Assembly (NCBI GenBank): GCA_016748015.1
Contig: JAAOMT010000436.1
Span: 1,768,032 to 1,832,031, forward strand
Source of the DNA: Geosiphon pyriformis uo1
Lineage: Eukaryota; Fungi; Glomeromycota
Length of the DNA: 64,000 bases
Reading direction: 5' to 3'
Shown: positions 49,558-62,743 of the stretch, piece by piece
Layout: each line of letters opens with the position of its first letter
Numbering within the stretch: the first letter of the stretch is position 1
Program-made: the position numbers and the translations under genes
Notes under the pieces: model-generated
What the model saw: the letters and a program-made list of their open reading frames with translations, nothing else
The model's database searches: none
Told to the model about the DNA's origin: nothing

Positions 49558-52500
49558 GCAGTTTGGTCTGGAAAGTTGCTATGTGCAATGTCAGAGGCAT
49601 GAACAATCCTGCTAAGTAGGAGGACATTATTAGGTGGCATAAGGAAATGAACAATTTGGTCTCTATCATTACTGAAACAAAATTAAGGAGTAAGGTTCGT
49701 CCGTGGATTGTAGATAAGTTTGATGGTATCCGAGTGTTCACTTCTGGTTCAGACTCTGGTCACTTAGGTGTGGGTGTTGCTGTTATCATGAATGTTTCTT
49801 TGGCTTGTCATGTGTGCAAGGTTTCTGAGGTGCCTGGTTGGCTTCTGTCTGTTAAGTTACTTTTCAAGGGTAAACTTTCTGTGTCAATTCTGGGGCTTTA
49901 TGCTGGTGCTTTTCCGGCGGTTTGGTTCTCTCAGACTGGTGAGATCAACTTTCTCATTGCAAAGGCTGTCAATGAATCTTCTTTCATTGTTCTTGGTGGT
50001 GATTTCAATGAAGATGGTTCTCGTAAATGTGCAAGTTTTAGGAAGTGCCTTGATTTGGGTCTGGCAAATTCTTTGGTAGGAAGCCCAGCTGTGAAATTGC
50101 CTACTTGGGCAAACTCTAGGGGTGTTAGGAAAATGATTGACTATGTGTTAGTTTCTTCAAATTTGGTTAATATGATAGTACACCGCAGTGTCTTAGATGT
50201 TGGTGAACATTTTGAAACGGACCATCAGGCTGTTTCCATGTCTTTGGGTTTAGGTAGTTTATTGGATGTGCAATTGAACTCTCTTCGCAAACAGGCGAAT
50301 AGAGATTGTTGAAAGTTTAATTTTAAGGGTGCTGATGACACGAAATGAAACAAGTTCAAGAGTGTTACGGCAGCTAATGCCACCATGTTCTCTAATGATT
50401 TTATTGCCTCCCAGCAATTCTCAGATTTGGATGTGATGTGGGACATTGTTTGCAAGATAATGGTTCTTTCAGCTGATGAGGTGTTCAAGAAGAAATGATT
50501 TAAGGACTATGATGATGTCTTCACTAAGGAATCATCCAAATTTTATAAATTAGAACTTTTGATATTGAAGCTGGTTAAAGCTTCTCAGTCGATTTGTTGT
50601 GACGAATTCATTTCACTGTTAGAAGTCTGAAATTCTCTTGATGTTGATAACGCCTCTGTGGTCAGGTCTCTCTTTCTTTCTGGCTCTCCTCTTGATACTG
50701 TTTGGTCAGCTCTTTCCAAGATCAGGAAAACTTATCACTCACATAAAATAACAGAATTGAAGCATATAAAGGAATCTCAAATCAAATCAGCAATCTATAA
50801 GAGGATGGAAAGTTTCAAGCTGAACAAAGGTCACACTATTCAGAGTGTTTTGGAGTGTCCTTTCCATAAGGTTGTCTTGGATTACTTAGTTGTGGATGAT
50901 GAGCTGGTTATGGAACCTGGTCCTGTGAGATTAAGGGTGAATGAAATCATAGAAGAATGGACTAGGAAGCATAGGGTGGTTTCCGATGTCCCTGATGTGT
51001 GGCATCATTAGTATTGACCATTGGATTACGTTTTTGATGAGGCTTTTTCTGGTGTAATGCAGCCAATTGAGTTTTTGGAATTGTTTGGCGTGGTTTCTGA
51101 TTTGCCTGTTGGCAAGGCTGCTAGTCTTTCGGGTATTTCAAATGAGCTGTGGATGCATAGTGATAGGTCTGTTTTGAATATGCTCTTGGTGCTTCTGAAT
51201 TCTTGTTTGTCTCATGAGTCTGTGCCTGGTCTTTGGAGGGAAACTTGAGTTTTGATGATCTCTAAACCATATGAATGGGAAGGTGTTCTCACAAATACCC
51301 GACCTATAGCCTTGATTGAGACAGCTTGCAAGATCTTCTCCAAGATTCTCTCCGACAGGATATTGCTGGTGTGCAGTGCTCATGATGTTCTTAATGGGGA
51401 TAATTTTTCAGTTTTGAAGGATATGACTACCCAAACTTCTATTTTTACTATTGGTTCAGTTGTTGAGGATGCTTTGAAGAAAAACCAGGAACTCTGGCTG
51501 GTGTTGCAGGATATACAAAAAGCATATGACTCTGTTGGATGGGAGCATCTCAAGAAGTGTTTGGTCAGGATCAAAATGTGTAGCAGGTTTATTCATTTTT
51601 TCGGTAATATTCATAGAAATCGGACCAATCGGGTTATGATGGATTTTGATTTAACTGATGGTTATAGTGTACATGATAGGTTAGACCAAGGAGAAGTTTT
51701 TTCTCCTCTTCTTTGGCACATATTTTATGATCCTTTTTTGTGTGAGGTCAAGTGTCAGGAGAATGTGTGTGGGTATAGACTCAATTCTCATTTTGTCTCT
51801 AGAAATGGTCGTGCTGAATCTCGGGCTGGGTTTTCTATTTTTTTCACTGCTGGGGCCTTTGTCGATGACACGATTTGGATTGGCAGCAGTTAGACTGCTA
51901 CTCAACATATTCTCAATGTTGTTAGTGAATTTTTTTGAATTAATGACATTTCAATTAACAATAACAAAACTGTGGCCATTTTTATTAATAGCAGGATCAG
52001 CAATCCGTCTCTTTTTATCAGTGGTTTACCCATTTCCATAGCCAAAAAAGGCAAATCTCATTGGTATCTTGGTATCTTTTTCTCATCTAATGGTTTTTCT
52101 AAGCCTAGTTTGACTAAGGCGCATTCGGATGTTCGTTTTTTCAGCAATTTGGTTCTAAAGAAAGTGGTTTCAGATAAACAGTTCTTATACCTGGTGTTGG
52201 CAGTTCTCCATCCTATAGTCAGCTACAGGATGCAGTTCAGCTTTATCCCTGTCAGTGTGTGTAACAAGTGGGATGCTCTGATTCGCAAGAGTTTGAAACT
52301 TAAATCTGGTCTTTCTCTTGATTTTCCTAGTGACACAATTCATCATCCTTTCTTTTATGATTTGAAGTCCTTCTCACAATGTCAGTCTGAAAGCAAGGTT
52401 GCTTCACTTATTAGTTTTGCAAACTCCTGCGGGATTTTGGGTCAATTGTTTAGTCACAGATCTCATGACTTGCAAGTTCTGTGTTAGTGCCCTGTTCATC

Positions 52501-54217
52501 TATTGAGTTTACCGGCTTGTATCCATGTTAGTGTTTCCAATAATTTCTTGTCAGGAATGGTATGCATTCTTCTTAGGTGCAATTTGTCTTTAGGTGGCTC
52601 TTTGGCTAGCTCTTTTTGGTTTCGTGATGGGGTGCCCATATCTGCTGTTCTGGGTGAATTCTTGTTTTTCAAGTACTTGTTTTCTCTCTGGTGTTATGGC
52701 ATTGCCTTTGTGGATCAGCTTTGGGATCATCGTGGGGATATCTTCAATTGATACATCTTTAAGTGGTGGAAGAAACTGGATCCTCGTGGCCCAGTTCTTG
52801 AGTGGTTTGAGCACTCTGTTGTATTTCTCAATGGTGTGTCTCCCTTTCCTTTGGCTTTGGGTGGTGTTGGCCCTGTAGACATTCATGATTCTGATGATTT
52901 TGTGTTTGTATGTGATCATCTTTTTCGGGTTAGCGCTAATAGTTTGTCTGTGTATACAAATGGGTTGGTGAAAAATTTGGGCACGGCTGGTTGTAAAGCC
53001 AGGGCTGCTGCCTTTTTTGAGGACATTAACTTGGGTTTGGGTGTCTGTGTTCAGGGTTTGATGTCGTCTACTTTGGTGGAGTTGCAGGCTGTAGTGTTGA
53101 CTCTGGAGTGCGTGCCTATAGATCATTCTGTTTGTCTGTTTTCAGATAGCCAGGCAGCTTTGAATGCTTGCAAGTCGGAGGTGAACTTGATGTATTCTGA
53201 CTTTCATAATCGGTGTTGGGTTGAGTGCCGGCATATTAGGAATATTATCCACAGGAAAAATTTGAGGGTTAGCTGGCACAAGGTTAAGGGCCACTCTGGT
53301 GTGTTGGGAAATGATTGCACCAATAGCATTGCTGATGCTGCAGCTCTCTCTGTTTGGCTTCTCCCTCTTTGTGTGGATGAACATTTTTTGTTGACGAACA
53401 GTAGTATTGTTTCTGATAATTCTAAACACTTTGTTCGAGATGTTTTTCATGCTGTCTATCGGGCACGTTAGGAGGTCGGTTTTAGTTGTGGGTTTTTAGC
53501 TGGTGATTTGCACTCGGGTGTCAATTGGCTTGCCTCTTCCAAAGTTTGGCACCCTGATTTGCATATGGCAATTGGTTTCATCAGCAGGTGCACTGCTGAT
53601 ATTCATACTTACCTCATAAGGCTTTGTACCATCAGCTTTCTGTGGCTGTTTGAAAGCATGTTTATGATAAATGTTACCTTAGTGTTTTGTGTCTGTATTG
53701 TGGTAAGATGGAGGTGTCTGATCACGTGTTTTCTTGTATAATTGATGATGCAGCTCGTCATCGGGTTTTGGAATCCTGTATGTCTTCTTGGATGGTGCTT
53801 TCTGGTCTCTCCCTCCTTTTTTCAAGCATTTTACAGCTGCTGTTGACCTGTGCTTCAGATTTTCTGGTGTTCTCGGCTCTTTGCAAGGGTTTTGTTTTCA
53901 AAGGATGGCTTCAGGAGGCTGTTTCCATCTTCCATGATCCCAAAATTGCTGATTTTGTGTGCTCTATTTGTGTTACTTTTAGGGATAACATTTGGTTGGT
54001 CCGTGCTAAGCATTATACATACATGGAAAAGAATAGTCTAATCCCAGTAGATGGCTCAATTCCTGTTTCACTTTCTGGTTTGGCATCAAGATTCTCGGAT
54101 GACGTGGTTAAGCTATTTGGTGTTATTGAAGCTTTTGGCGTCTGTTTTGGCTTTTGCAAATCTTGCTCTTTTTTTTTAGGTATTGGTAACCCAGTTTCAG
54201 TTAATATAATTGCATAG
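49554..54217 (+). pseudogene. LINE ORF2 (EN-RT-RNase H-CCHC), premature stops
   Basis: CNVRGMN, ITETKL, GGDFNE, IDYV, ETDH; LQDIQKAYDSV, GAFVDDTIW, YLGIF; SVYTNG...ELQAV...SDSQA...KVKGHSGVLGN; CLYCGKMEVSDHVFSC. Confidence 0.93.
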
Positions 54218-54361
54218 TGTTGTCTTGACTGGCTCGAATGGCTGGTTATATGTGAAAAATGCATGATTCACGTCTAGTTTAGATTATTTCTTTGATGTAT
54301 AGTTCTAGGTAGTGTTTAGACCTTACTCATTAAATAATAATAATAAAAAAAAAACAGCAAA

Positions 54362-56620
54362 TATTAAAAAACTCAAAGAACAAATTTATTAAAACTTATT
54401 ATTGTATTTAATTTCAACTGCCAAAAAAACAATTGCAAAAACTTTTTTTCTTATAAACAAAAAAATCAAAATATATATATAATACTATTATTTAAAATTT
54501 AAAAGAAACTATAATATATACTCTATTTAGAAAAATCTAAGTTAAATACAGAAAGCAATATTTAACAACAGTTTAAACAAATAAAACTACAATTTATTAT
54601 TAGCAAAAAGTCAAGATTCTTATTATTAACAATATTATTATATTATCAGACTTCAAAAAATAAAATATTACTTAATTAACTTATCAAATTTCAGTTTAAA
54701 ACTTTAAAAACTCCTGAAAATTTTTATTTCTAAAACTTCAACAGAAATTTTTAAACTAAATTATTGAAAAAAATACAAAATACTATTTAAAAATTTTATT
54801 CTAATAACAAATATTATTTTCTAAAATACTGTTATTTAAAAACAACAATTATTAAAACTACTAATTAAATTAATAACTACTGTTTTAAAAGAAATATTAC
54901 TGTTCTAACTAGTTATAGCTATAAACAAAAAAAACAATTAATGTCAAGTTTAACAAAAAAATCTGATTTATCTTCATTAATTTTTTTCTTTTCATTAAAA
55001 CAATTATCTCTTATTGTTTTTATTATAATTTATAAAATATTATCAAATTAAAAAAATTCTCTGAAAAAAAAAAAAACACTTACACTTAAATTACAGAGGC
55101 CAAAAAAGCAATTATTATAAATAATTAAGATAATACCAAAACTATTTAAGCATTATTTTTTTTTAATAAAAATTATTAACTCCTAATATTAAAGTCTTAC
55201 CAAAAAACCAATTAATTTTGCTGTATTCAAATTCGTTTTTCTACAATATTTTTATAATTCAAACATTTTTATTAAACTATAAAATCAATTTAATATTATA
55301 AAACAAAAAGATTACAAAGCTATAACTACTTATTTTAGATAATTTAATCAAACTTTTTATTAAATTTAAGTCATTAAAAAGACTTTTATATACCTAATCA
55401 GATCCTAAATTAATTTATTAAAAAACTAAAAAGCAGTATTTTTTAGTTCATTAAACTTTATCATCTTAGAAATTTACAAGATACAGTAATACTTGTCTAT
55501 AACTTTAAATTAGCAAAACAAGAAACAAAATACATCTAAGGTGTTAATTTGGCCATAAATAAAATCTTTAATATTGGCCCAAAGCTTATTTAATTAAGTA
55601 AAAAATTGAAGAATTTTTTATAGAAAATTTAAAAACATATTAGTTTCTACAATATTAAAAAAATAACAATAATTCTACATATTAATAATAGCAACAGCAA
55701 TTCTGAAAACAAGTTTCTTATAATTGCTATTATTGTTAAAAACTTAATTATATTACAAAAAATTGCTGTAAAAAAATAGTAAATTAGAATTGTAAAAACC
55801 AATATTAACAATAATTAAAATATTTACAATCAACAGAATATTAATATCTTTTATTTTAGTATTTACAATTACAATATTTATCACAACTACTACAGAATTA
55901 TTATCAATCTCCTTAAGTAATAGTGTAATTTTATCTTTAATATTAAGCTTTATAATATAATAACCCAAAATTTTAAGTTATTAATTATAATTAAAAATAG
56001 CAAAGCAATAATAGAAATTAAATTCAATTTACAACAGTATTTTTTTGAAATCTAAATTGTAATAACTTATTATTCTGAGTATTATCAATGGTTATTTAAA
56101 TTAAGCTTTATATTCTAGTTTTATTAAAACTCAAAATTTTGGTAATTTTGTATTTTTAAAAAAAAACTACAGTTAAAATTACCAATTTTTTTTCTTCTAT
56201 TAATAATTAAATCATTTTTAATATAATTTTTTTAACTATAATTACTGAAAATAAAACTTTTGCAATTATATTTTTATTTAATATTAATAACTTAAATACT
56301 CATAATTTTTTTAATAAAACTATTATTAATTTAAATAAAATTATTATAATAATATATATTAATAATCAAATAAGACAAATAAATATTAAATTAATACTTA
56401 ATAGTCAATTAGCTGACAATATTATTATAAAACAACTTATGAATTAATTAAATCACTAAATTGACTATGTTATTATTGTTAAAATAATTATTGTCAATAA
56501 AAATACCAAGATCTTAATAAAAAAAAACAATAAATTTTTTTTTAAAATAAGTAGAATTATAATTTCTATAAAAATTATAGTAATAAAAGCAAGCTCTAAT
56601 TAATAAATTAGTTAACTAAA
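54362..56620 (+). pseudogene. Gypsy gag (continuation of ~47420-47616) and aspartic protease (~56330-56620), eroded
   Basis: Removing the LINE and one TSD restores DYYLDKTANIKKLKEQIY. Gag-like SL..KP..F..FK..FLQYF at ~55190-55250; protease IKLILNSQLADNII (eroded ILDSGSAGSII) at ~56385-56425. Confidence 0.65.
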
Positions 56621-57709
56621 ACTTATGTTATTTTTGATTAAAATACTTAAAAGTTTTAAATTTTGTTTAATAGTTAATACACTTAAGTATTTGTCAATTG
56701 TAAATATTTTAAGATGGTCATCTTAGAACAGTTTCTAATTAAATTTAAAAAATTTGTAGTATAGTTTACTTTGAAAACATATCAAATTTCTTGGACTGAT
56801 TATTTTTGTACAAAATTATTATTATTATCTACTTAAAAAAAAAACCAAAAAAACTTTAAGTTTTAATTTTCACCTATATTTTACCAAATAAGTACAATCA
56901 ATTTTACTGCCAACCAAAATTAATCTGTATAGATTGCAAAAAAAAACTATTGTTAATGAACATATACATTAGAAATAATAAAAATATGGCCAACTGTCAC
57001 CAAATACTAATGTTGTTTTTGTATATTAAAATAATTTAGATGTTTAAAATAACAAAACAAATAGAATAACATACTATAACTTATTTATGATAAAATTTTA
57101 TCAAATAAAAAAGTATAAAATAACATCTTAAATAGAAAAAAAACATATAACAAATTTTGCCAATATATTATTCTTATTAATAACTAAGTCTATAAAAAAA
57201 CTTTATTTGTTACTGTTTATAGTTAAACAATTAATTAGTTAGACTTATAATAAAGATAAAATCTAGAAAATAATTATAACCAAATAAAAAAATATTATTA
57301 TTAAAAAAATACATGTTATTAAGAATATATTAATAACAATAGAAAAAATAAATAATCTTTTTACAGATAATTTAAAAGCTTTTTAAGAGTGTTATTAAGA
57401 ACTTACTTCTATTCAAAAAAAATAAAAACAAAAATTGGCTGATTTTAATATAAAATTATGTAATTATTATCTAATTTTTTGTCATTTTTAATATTATAAT
57501 AAATATAATTTCTTATTTAACTTTCAAAATATTTTATTTAATTTATAAACTTGAAAAACTTGAAAAAAAATATAAATTAAATACAAAAAATATTATATTT
57601 TAAGAGCCAAATATGATTACTAAAATTGAATAATACTTTATCTATTCTAATCTGTTCAAAAAATTAAAATTAAAATAATATAATAACAATAACAAAAGAA
57701 TATGTTTTA

Positions 57710-58065
57710 AAAAAACATATGTAAATAATGCTAAATTTAATTTAAAATACTTTGAACAATTTTTTATAGTTATAGTATTTTATTTTCTTATAAAAATTAA
57801 TCTTAAATTAGCTGAAAATTTCTATTAATATAATAATACAAATTGCTATTTTATTTTAATCTAATAAACAAAAAAATAATGTTAGATATATTAGAAATAT
57901 TATTATAATGCTTTAAAACAATTCTAATAAGTCTTATATAATTAAATTACAGAAAAAAATTATATAAGCCATTTTTTATCTCTTGTTAAAATTTTTCAAT
58001 TCATTTTAATAAACATCTAAAAAAATTAAACTTTTTACTAGAGAAATTTAAAAGTTTAAATTTAG
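57710..58065 (+). pseudogene. dUTPase domain remnant within the Gypsy pol region
   Basis: aat gct aaa ttt aat tta = eroded DAGFDL (motif 1); QIA....L (motif 2 region); Y.GNII.ML.N (motif 3 flank); I.QAIF (motif 4); aga gaa..aaa agt tta aat = eroded RG..GFGS (motif 5). Inferred by reversing transitions. Confidence 0.6.
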
Positions 58066-58599
58066 TAGAACAAAAAATATACAAATTAATTATGTAAAAA
58101 AGTTTAATAATAAGATAAACTTATTTATACTGATACTATAATTTTAATTTTATCCTGCTATCAATATATTATAAGAGTTAAACAAAAAGTTTAAAATAAA
58201 GCTTTATTGTTTGAAGCTGTTTTATAAGTCTGTTATTTAGCCAATATTATAAATTTTTATATTTTTGCCAAAATTCACAAATATTTTAAAATTTTCATCT
58301 ACAACTTCACAAAAAATATTATTAAAATTTCCAAAAAAACTTTTATTGAATTCATAACTATAAATATTTAAAAGCCAGAAAGATCTTAATCTATATTTGA
58401 CTTTACATATTTATTTCTATTTTGTAAAATTATTTTTTAAGTATAAAATATGCCAAAAAAAATTTATCTGTTTATCTCAGAAAAATTTAACAAATTCAAT
58501 TTTGAAAATTTAAGTATTTTTTGGTAAATACAACTTAAAATTTTGTTAAATTAATATGTTAATGTTTTTGCTAGCAAGAATAAATTTGGATATATGAAT

Positions 58600-60640
58600 A
58601 TTATAAAACACAAAATTAATACTGAAGATATTAGACTAATTAAACAATGAGTTTATTAAATTATTTCAAATAAAAATAATTTAATCAAACCAAAAATACA
58701 ACAGATGTTAGATAATAGTTTAATTAAAAAATTTCTAAGCTCTTGGTTTTTATCTGTTATTTTAGTTACCAAAAAAAATAAAAAAATATATTTCTGTGTT
58801 GATTATTAAAAACTTAATAATATAATTTTAAAAAATAATTATTCAACTTCTTTGATTCAAAAAATTTTAGACAATTTAAAGAATAAAAAATAGTTCTTTT
58901 TATTAAACTTAGCTAACAAATATTGACAAGTTAAAATAAATCTAAATAACAAAAAAAAAATCGTATTTACAACTTAAAATAAAAATTTTAAGTTTAATAT
59001 AATAATTTTTGAATTATATAATGTTTTAGCTATTTTTTAATATCTAATAGATATTATTTACAAAAAAATCATGTAAAAATTAGTTGTTGCTTACTCAAAT
59101 AATTAATATGTTTTTAAAAACATTTAATAATTATCTATTTTACTTTTAATAAGTCTTTAACTATTTTCAAAATACAAAACTCAAACTCAATTATAATAAA
59201 TATTTCTTTGGAAAAATTAAGCTTAAATTTTTAAAACATATTATTAAAAAAAATAAAGTAAAACCAAATCCAAACAAAGTTAAAAAAGTTAAAAATTTTT
59301 CTGCTCTAATTAATTTTTGCAAACTGAAAAAATTTTTAAGACTTATCAAATATTATTACTGATTTATTAAAAATTTTTTAAATATTGCCAAGCTTTTTTA
59401 GTATTTATTTTCGAAACAAATTTCTTATAGTTAAAAAACTGGTCAACAAAAAACTTTAATTATTTCAAATAATAACTTATTAAAACTCTAATCTTAATAT
59501 ATTTAGACTTTAATAAAAAATTTATTATAATTATAAACATATTCAAAAATGTTCTTAAAACTATTTTATTCTAAATTAAACTTAATAATCAAAAATACTT
59601 TATTGCTTATGTCAATTGTAATATTAATACAGTTAAAAAAATATACAACACCACAAATTTGGAGTGTTTTTTTATTTACTAGTCTGTACAAAACTGAAAA
59701 CATTATTTTTGCTAAATATTTAATCTGTATACAAATCATAAAGGATTAATTTGATTACTCAATAAACTACAACTCAAAAAAAAATTTACAAAATAAACTA
59801 CTTACTTGCAGCAATTTTTCTACAAAATACATTATAAAAAAAAACTAAAAACACCAATTTTAACAGTTTGTTAAGAATAATTCAAGTTTAGTCTGACCAA
59901 ATAAATACATCTAAGTACTAATAATTATATCAATATTTGTTAATATTTTAATTTAAAAAAAAACTATCTCAATAAAAACAAAGTATTATATAAAAATAAG
60001 TTTAAAATTATTTTATTTACAATAAACAGTTATATTAACAAAAATGTCAAAACCATAATACATTACAAAAAATCATAAAAAATACAATAAAAAAAACAAT
60101 TTTATTTAATATGTATTTTAATCTAACTGTTAAATACTTTAACAAAGATGTTATCTTAAAAAAACAATAAATTTATACTATTGGCTAATAATATATAAAA
60201 ATATCTTTAAATATATTTATAACTGTAACTTGTATCAAAAAAAAATAAGCCAAAATAACAAAACCATTTTAATTTATTCTAGTTGAAAATTTATTTAATA
60301 AAATTGAAATTAATTTGATTAAATCTTTTAATTATTTTCAAAAAAATTGATATATTGTAATAGTTATAAACAATTTTACAAAATAGCCAGAAATCTGAAT
60401 CATTTAAATTGCAAATGTTAAAACAATAACTAAATTTGTATATTAAGATCTAATCTACTAATATAAATGGCCAAAAAATTATTATTTAATTAAAAAACTC
60501 ACTTTGTTAATAATACTTTGGCAAAACTAAGTTAATAATTTAAAATAAAATGACTTTTGTTATTTTTATATTATTTGCAGACAAATAAATTAATAGAATA
60601 ATTTAACCAAACATTATATAAAGTTTTAGCAAAAACATAC
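58600..60640 (+). pseudogene. Gypsy RT (~58600-59300), RNase H (~59480-59830), integrase core (~60270-60640), eroded
   Basis: QQMLDN.LI..S.S.W.S.VILVTKKN.KI.FCVDY*KLN.I..K.NY at 58700-58845; integrase IEINLI (IGIDLI)...YIV..INNFTK*PE at ~60303-60390 and Y.LQTN.L.E.FNQTL at ~60570-60620. Confidence 0.8.
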
Positions 60641-61794
60641 CAGTTTATAAAAACACTGAAAAATAATTATAAAACAGTAGCTAACAATATTAATAACTCT
60701 TAAAAATAATAAAAAGAAAGACATAATAATTGTTTACTAGAACAACTAATTAAATTTAAGATAAAAAACAAAGTATTATTACATTATACAAAAACTAAAA
60801 AACAGTAAATAAAAAATTTGACCCAAAATAAGACAGACTATTTTATATATATGAAATTTTTAACAATAAAACTTATAAACTATGAATAAAAAACAAAATT
60901 TTAAAGAAATTACACATAGAAATTATCTAAAACTTTATTATACAACACAAAAATTGTCATTAATTATATTACAACTAGAAACACAAATTCTATTAATTAG
61001 ATCTGAAAATATTTTACAAGATCTGAAATCAATTATTATAATTAAATATAATCTATTTACAGAAAATTAACTTATATAGATTAGATATATAAATACTAAA
61101 AAACTAATAAAAAAAACCAAAAATAACATGTTTAACATAAATTTTTCAGACAAAGTTTTGAAACTTTTACAACAATTGTTTGAAACAATTTAATAATTTA
61201 CAATATTAATAAAAATTACAATTAATAAAAAAAAGATATAATATAAAGCTACAAGCAAAAAAAAAATAAGCAAAAATTTAACTAAAATTAAATATTTTTT
61301 ATTTTATGTAAAATCAAAAAAAATACATATATTTAAACACTAAAAAAAATAAAAAAAGCTTTAAACAACTTAATTATAAAACTAAATACTGAAAAATAGA
61401 TATCAAAAATTTTTACAATATAAAAAAAAACTTTTATTAACATATTAGTTCTTTAAAATTGGTAAAAAACTAAATCTACAAATATTATATAAAGACAACA
61501 ATAAATAAATATTCAATAGAAAAGCACTAAAAAGAGTAAAAAAATTAATTAAAAAAAACAATTTGATGCTATATTATAAAACAATATATTCAGTATTTAA
61601 ATGCTATTTAATCATATTATTAAACAATTTATTAAAAACTATTATAGTTAATAACATCAGACAAATAACAAATTCTTAATTTAAAAAACTATAAAAAGCA
61701 ATATTTAACATGACAATTGAATATTTCACCAAAAAAACAACTTTTAAAAATATATATAATTTTATAAAAGCTTAATTCTAAAAAAAAAGAATAA

Positions 61795-62739
61795 TGTTAT
61801 TAGAATAAAAAAATAATTAAAAACTTTTTAAAAAGACATAAAAACTACATAATAATATAGAAAAAATGTAATAATATAAAATAATACAAAATAATACAAA
61901 ATAATTTAAAATAATTTAAGATAACACAAAATAATATACTATAATACAAAATAATACAGAATAATTAATAATAATATAGAATAACTAGTTATAATATAAA
62001 AAAACAAAGCAATAATTAAAATAGCAAACAATAATTAATAATAATAAACAATTAAAAACAATTCTATAGAATTAAAAAATATGTATAAAAAGAAATAGTT
62101 TTAATAGATAGAAAAAAAACAAACTAAACAAAAATTAGCTTAATATTTTTATATTATTCTTAGTCTTAAAACTCTTTTTTTTATTTTAAATTTATCAAAT
62201 AAAATATTATTGTTTAATATATAAATTTATAATTTTAATATTCTAATTGTTAAGATCTAATTAATTGTTTTTAATTATTTTTATTTCAGATCAAATGCTA
62301 TTAATATAAATATTTTTGGAAATTTAATAACTTGAATTAATTGCTCTTAATCATAATAATTAACAAAATACTATTTTTTTTTTTATAAGGCAATAACATT
62401 AAAAATTAATTATCTAAGAATAGTCTTATAATAATCTAATAAAAAAAAATCTTCTTTTAAGATTTGATATTAACTTTATCTTATTATTTTACCAAAAAAA
62501 CAAAAAAACAATGCTGAATTTTAGTAACTGTACTTACTAACTCAAAGAAAAATACAATTATAGCAACACAATTAAAAAAACAATATCTTTATGTTTTATA
62601 ATAAAAAAACTTAATAAGTAAAACTTTAAACAAAAAAACTTTTAAAGATTAATAATTTATAATATAATTAAAGCCAATTTATTTATTCTTTATACTGTTT
62701 TCAATATTAAATCATAAGCACTAAAATTTATTTATAATA
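61795..62739 (+). repeat. 3' LTR (contains the same 10-bp minisatellite at ~61850-62050)
   Basis: Starts TGTTA after the purine run aaaaaaaagaataa; ends TAATA followed by the TSD ATGG. Confidence 0.85.
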
Positions 62740-62743
62740 ATGG

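Larger units (their letters stand above)
47617..54350 (+). mobile_element. Near-full-length LINE with RNase H (copy 3, different 5' UTR and ORF1 N-terminus) inserted into Gypsy gag
   Basis: TSD AAAACAGCAAA at 47606-47616 and 54351-54361; ORF1, ORF2, tail 54215-54330, then (AAT)n and poly(A). Confidence 0.93.
46418..62739 (+). mobile_element. Ty3/Gypsy-like LTR retrotransposon with both LTRs (gag-PR-Cys-rich-dUTPase-RT-RNase H-IN), eroded, with a LINE nested in gag
   Basis: LTRs 46418-47390 and 61795-62739 (TATTA/TGTTA...TAATA); 4-bp TSD ATGG; PBS-like tagtgtttttataagg after the 5' LTR; purine tract before the 3' LTR; RT-RNase H-IN order diagnostic of Gypsy. Confidence 0.85.
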
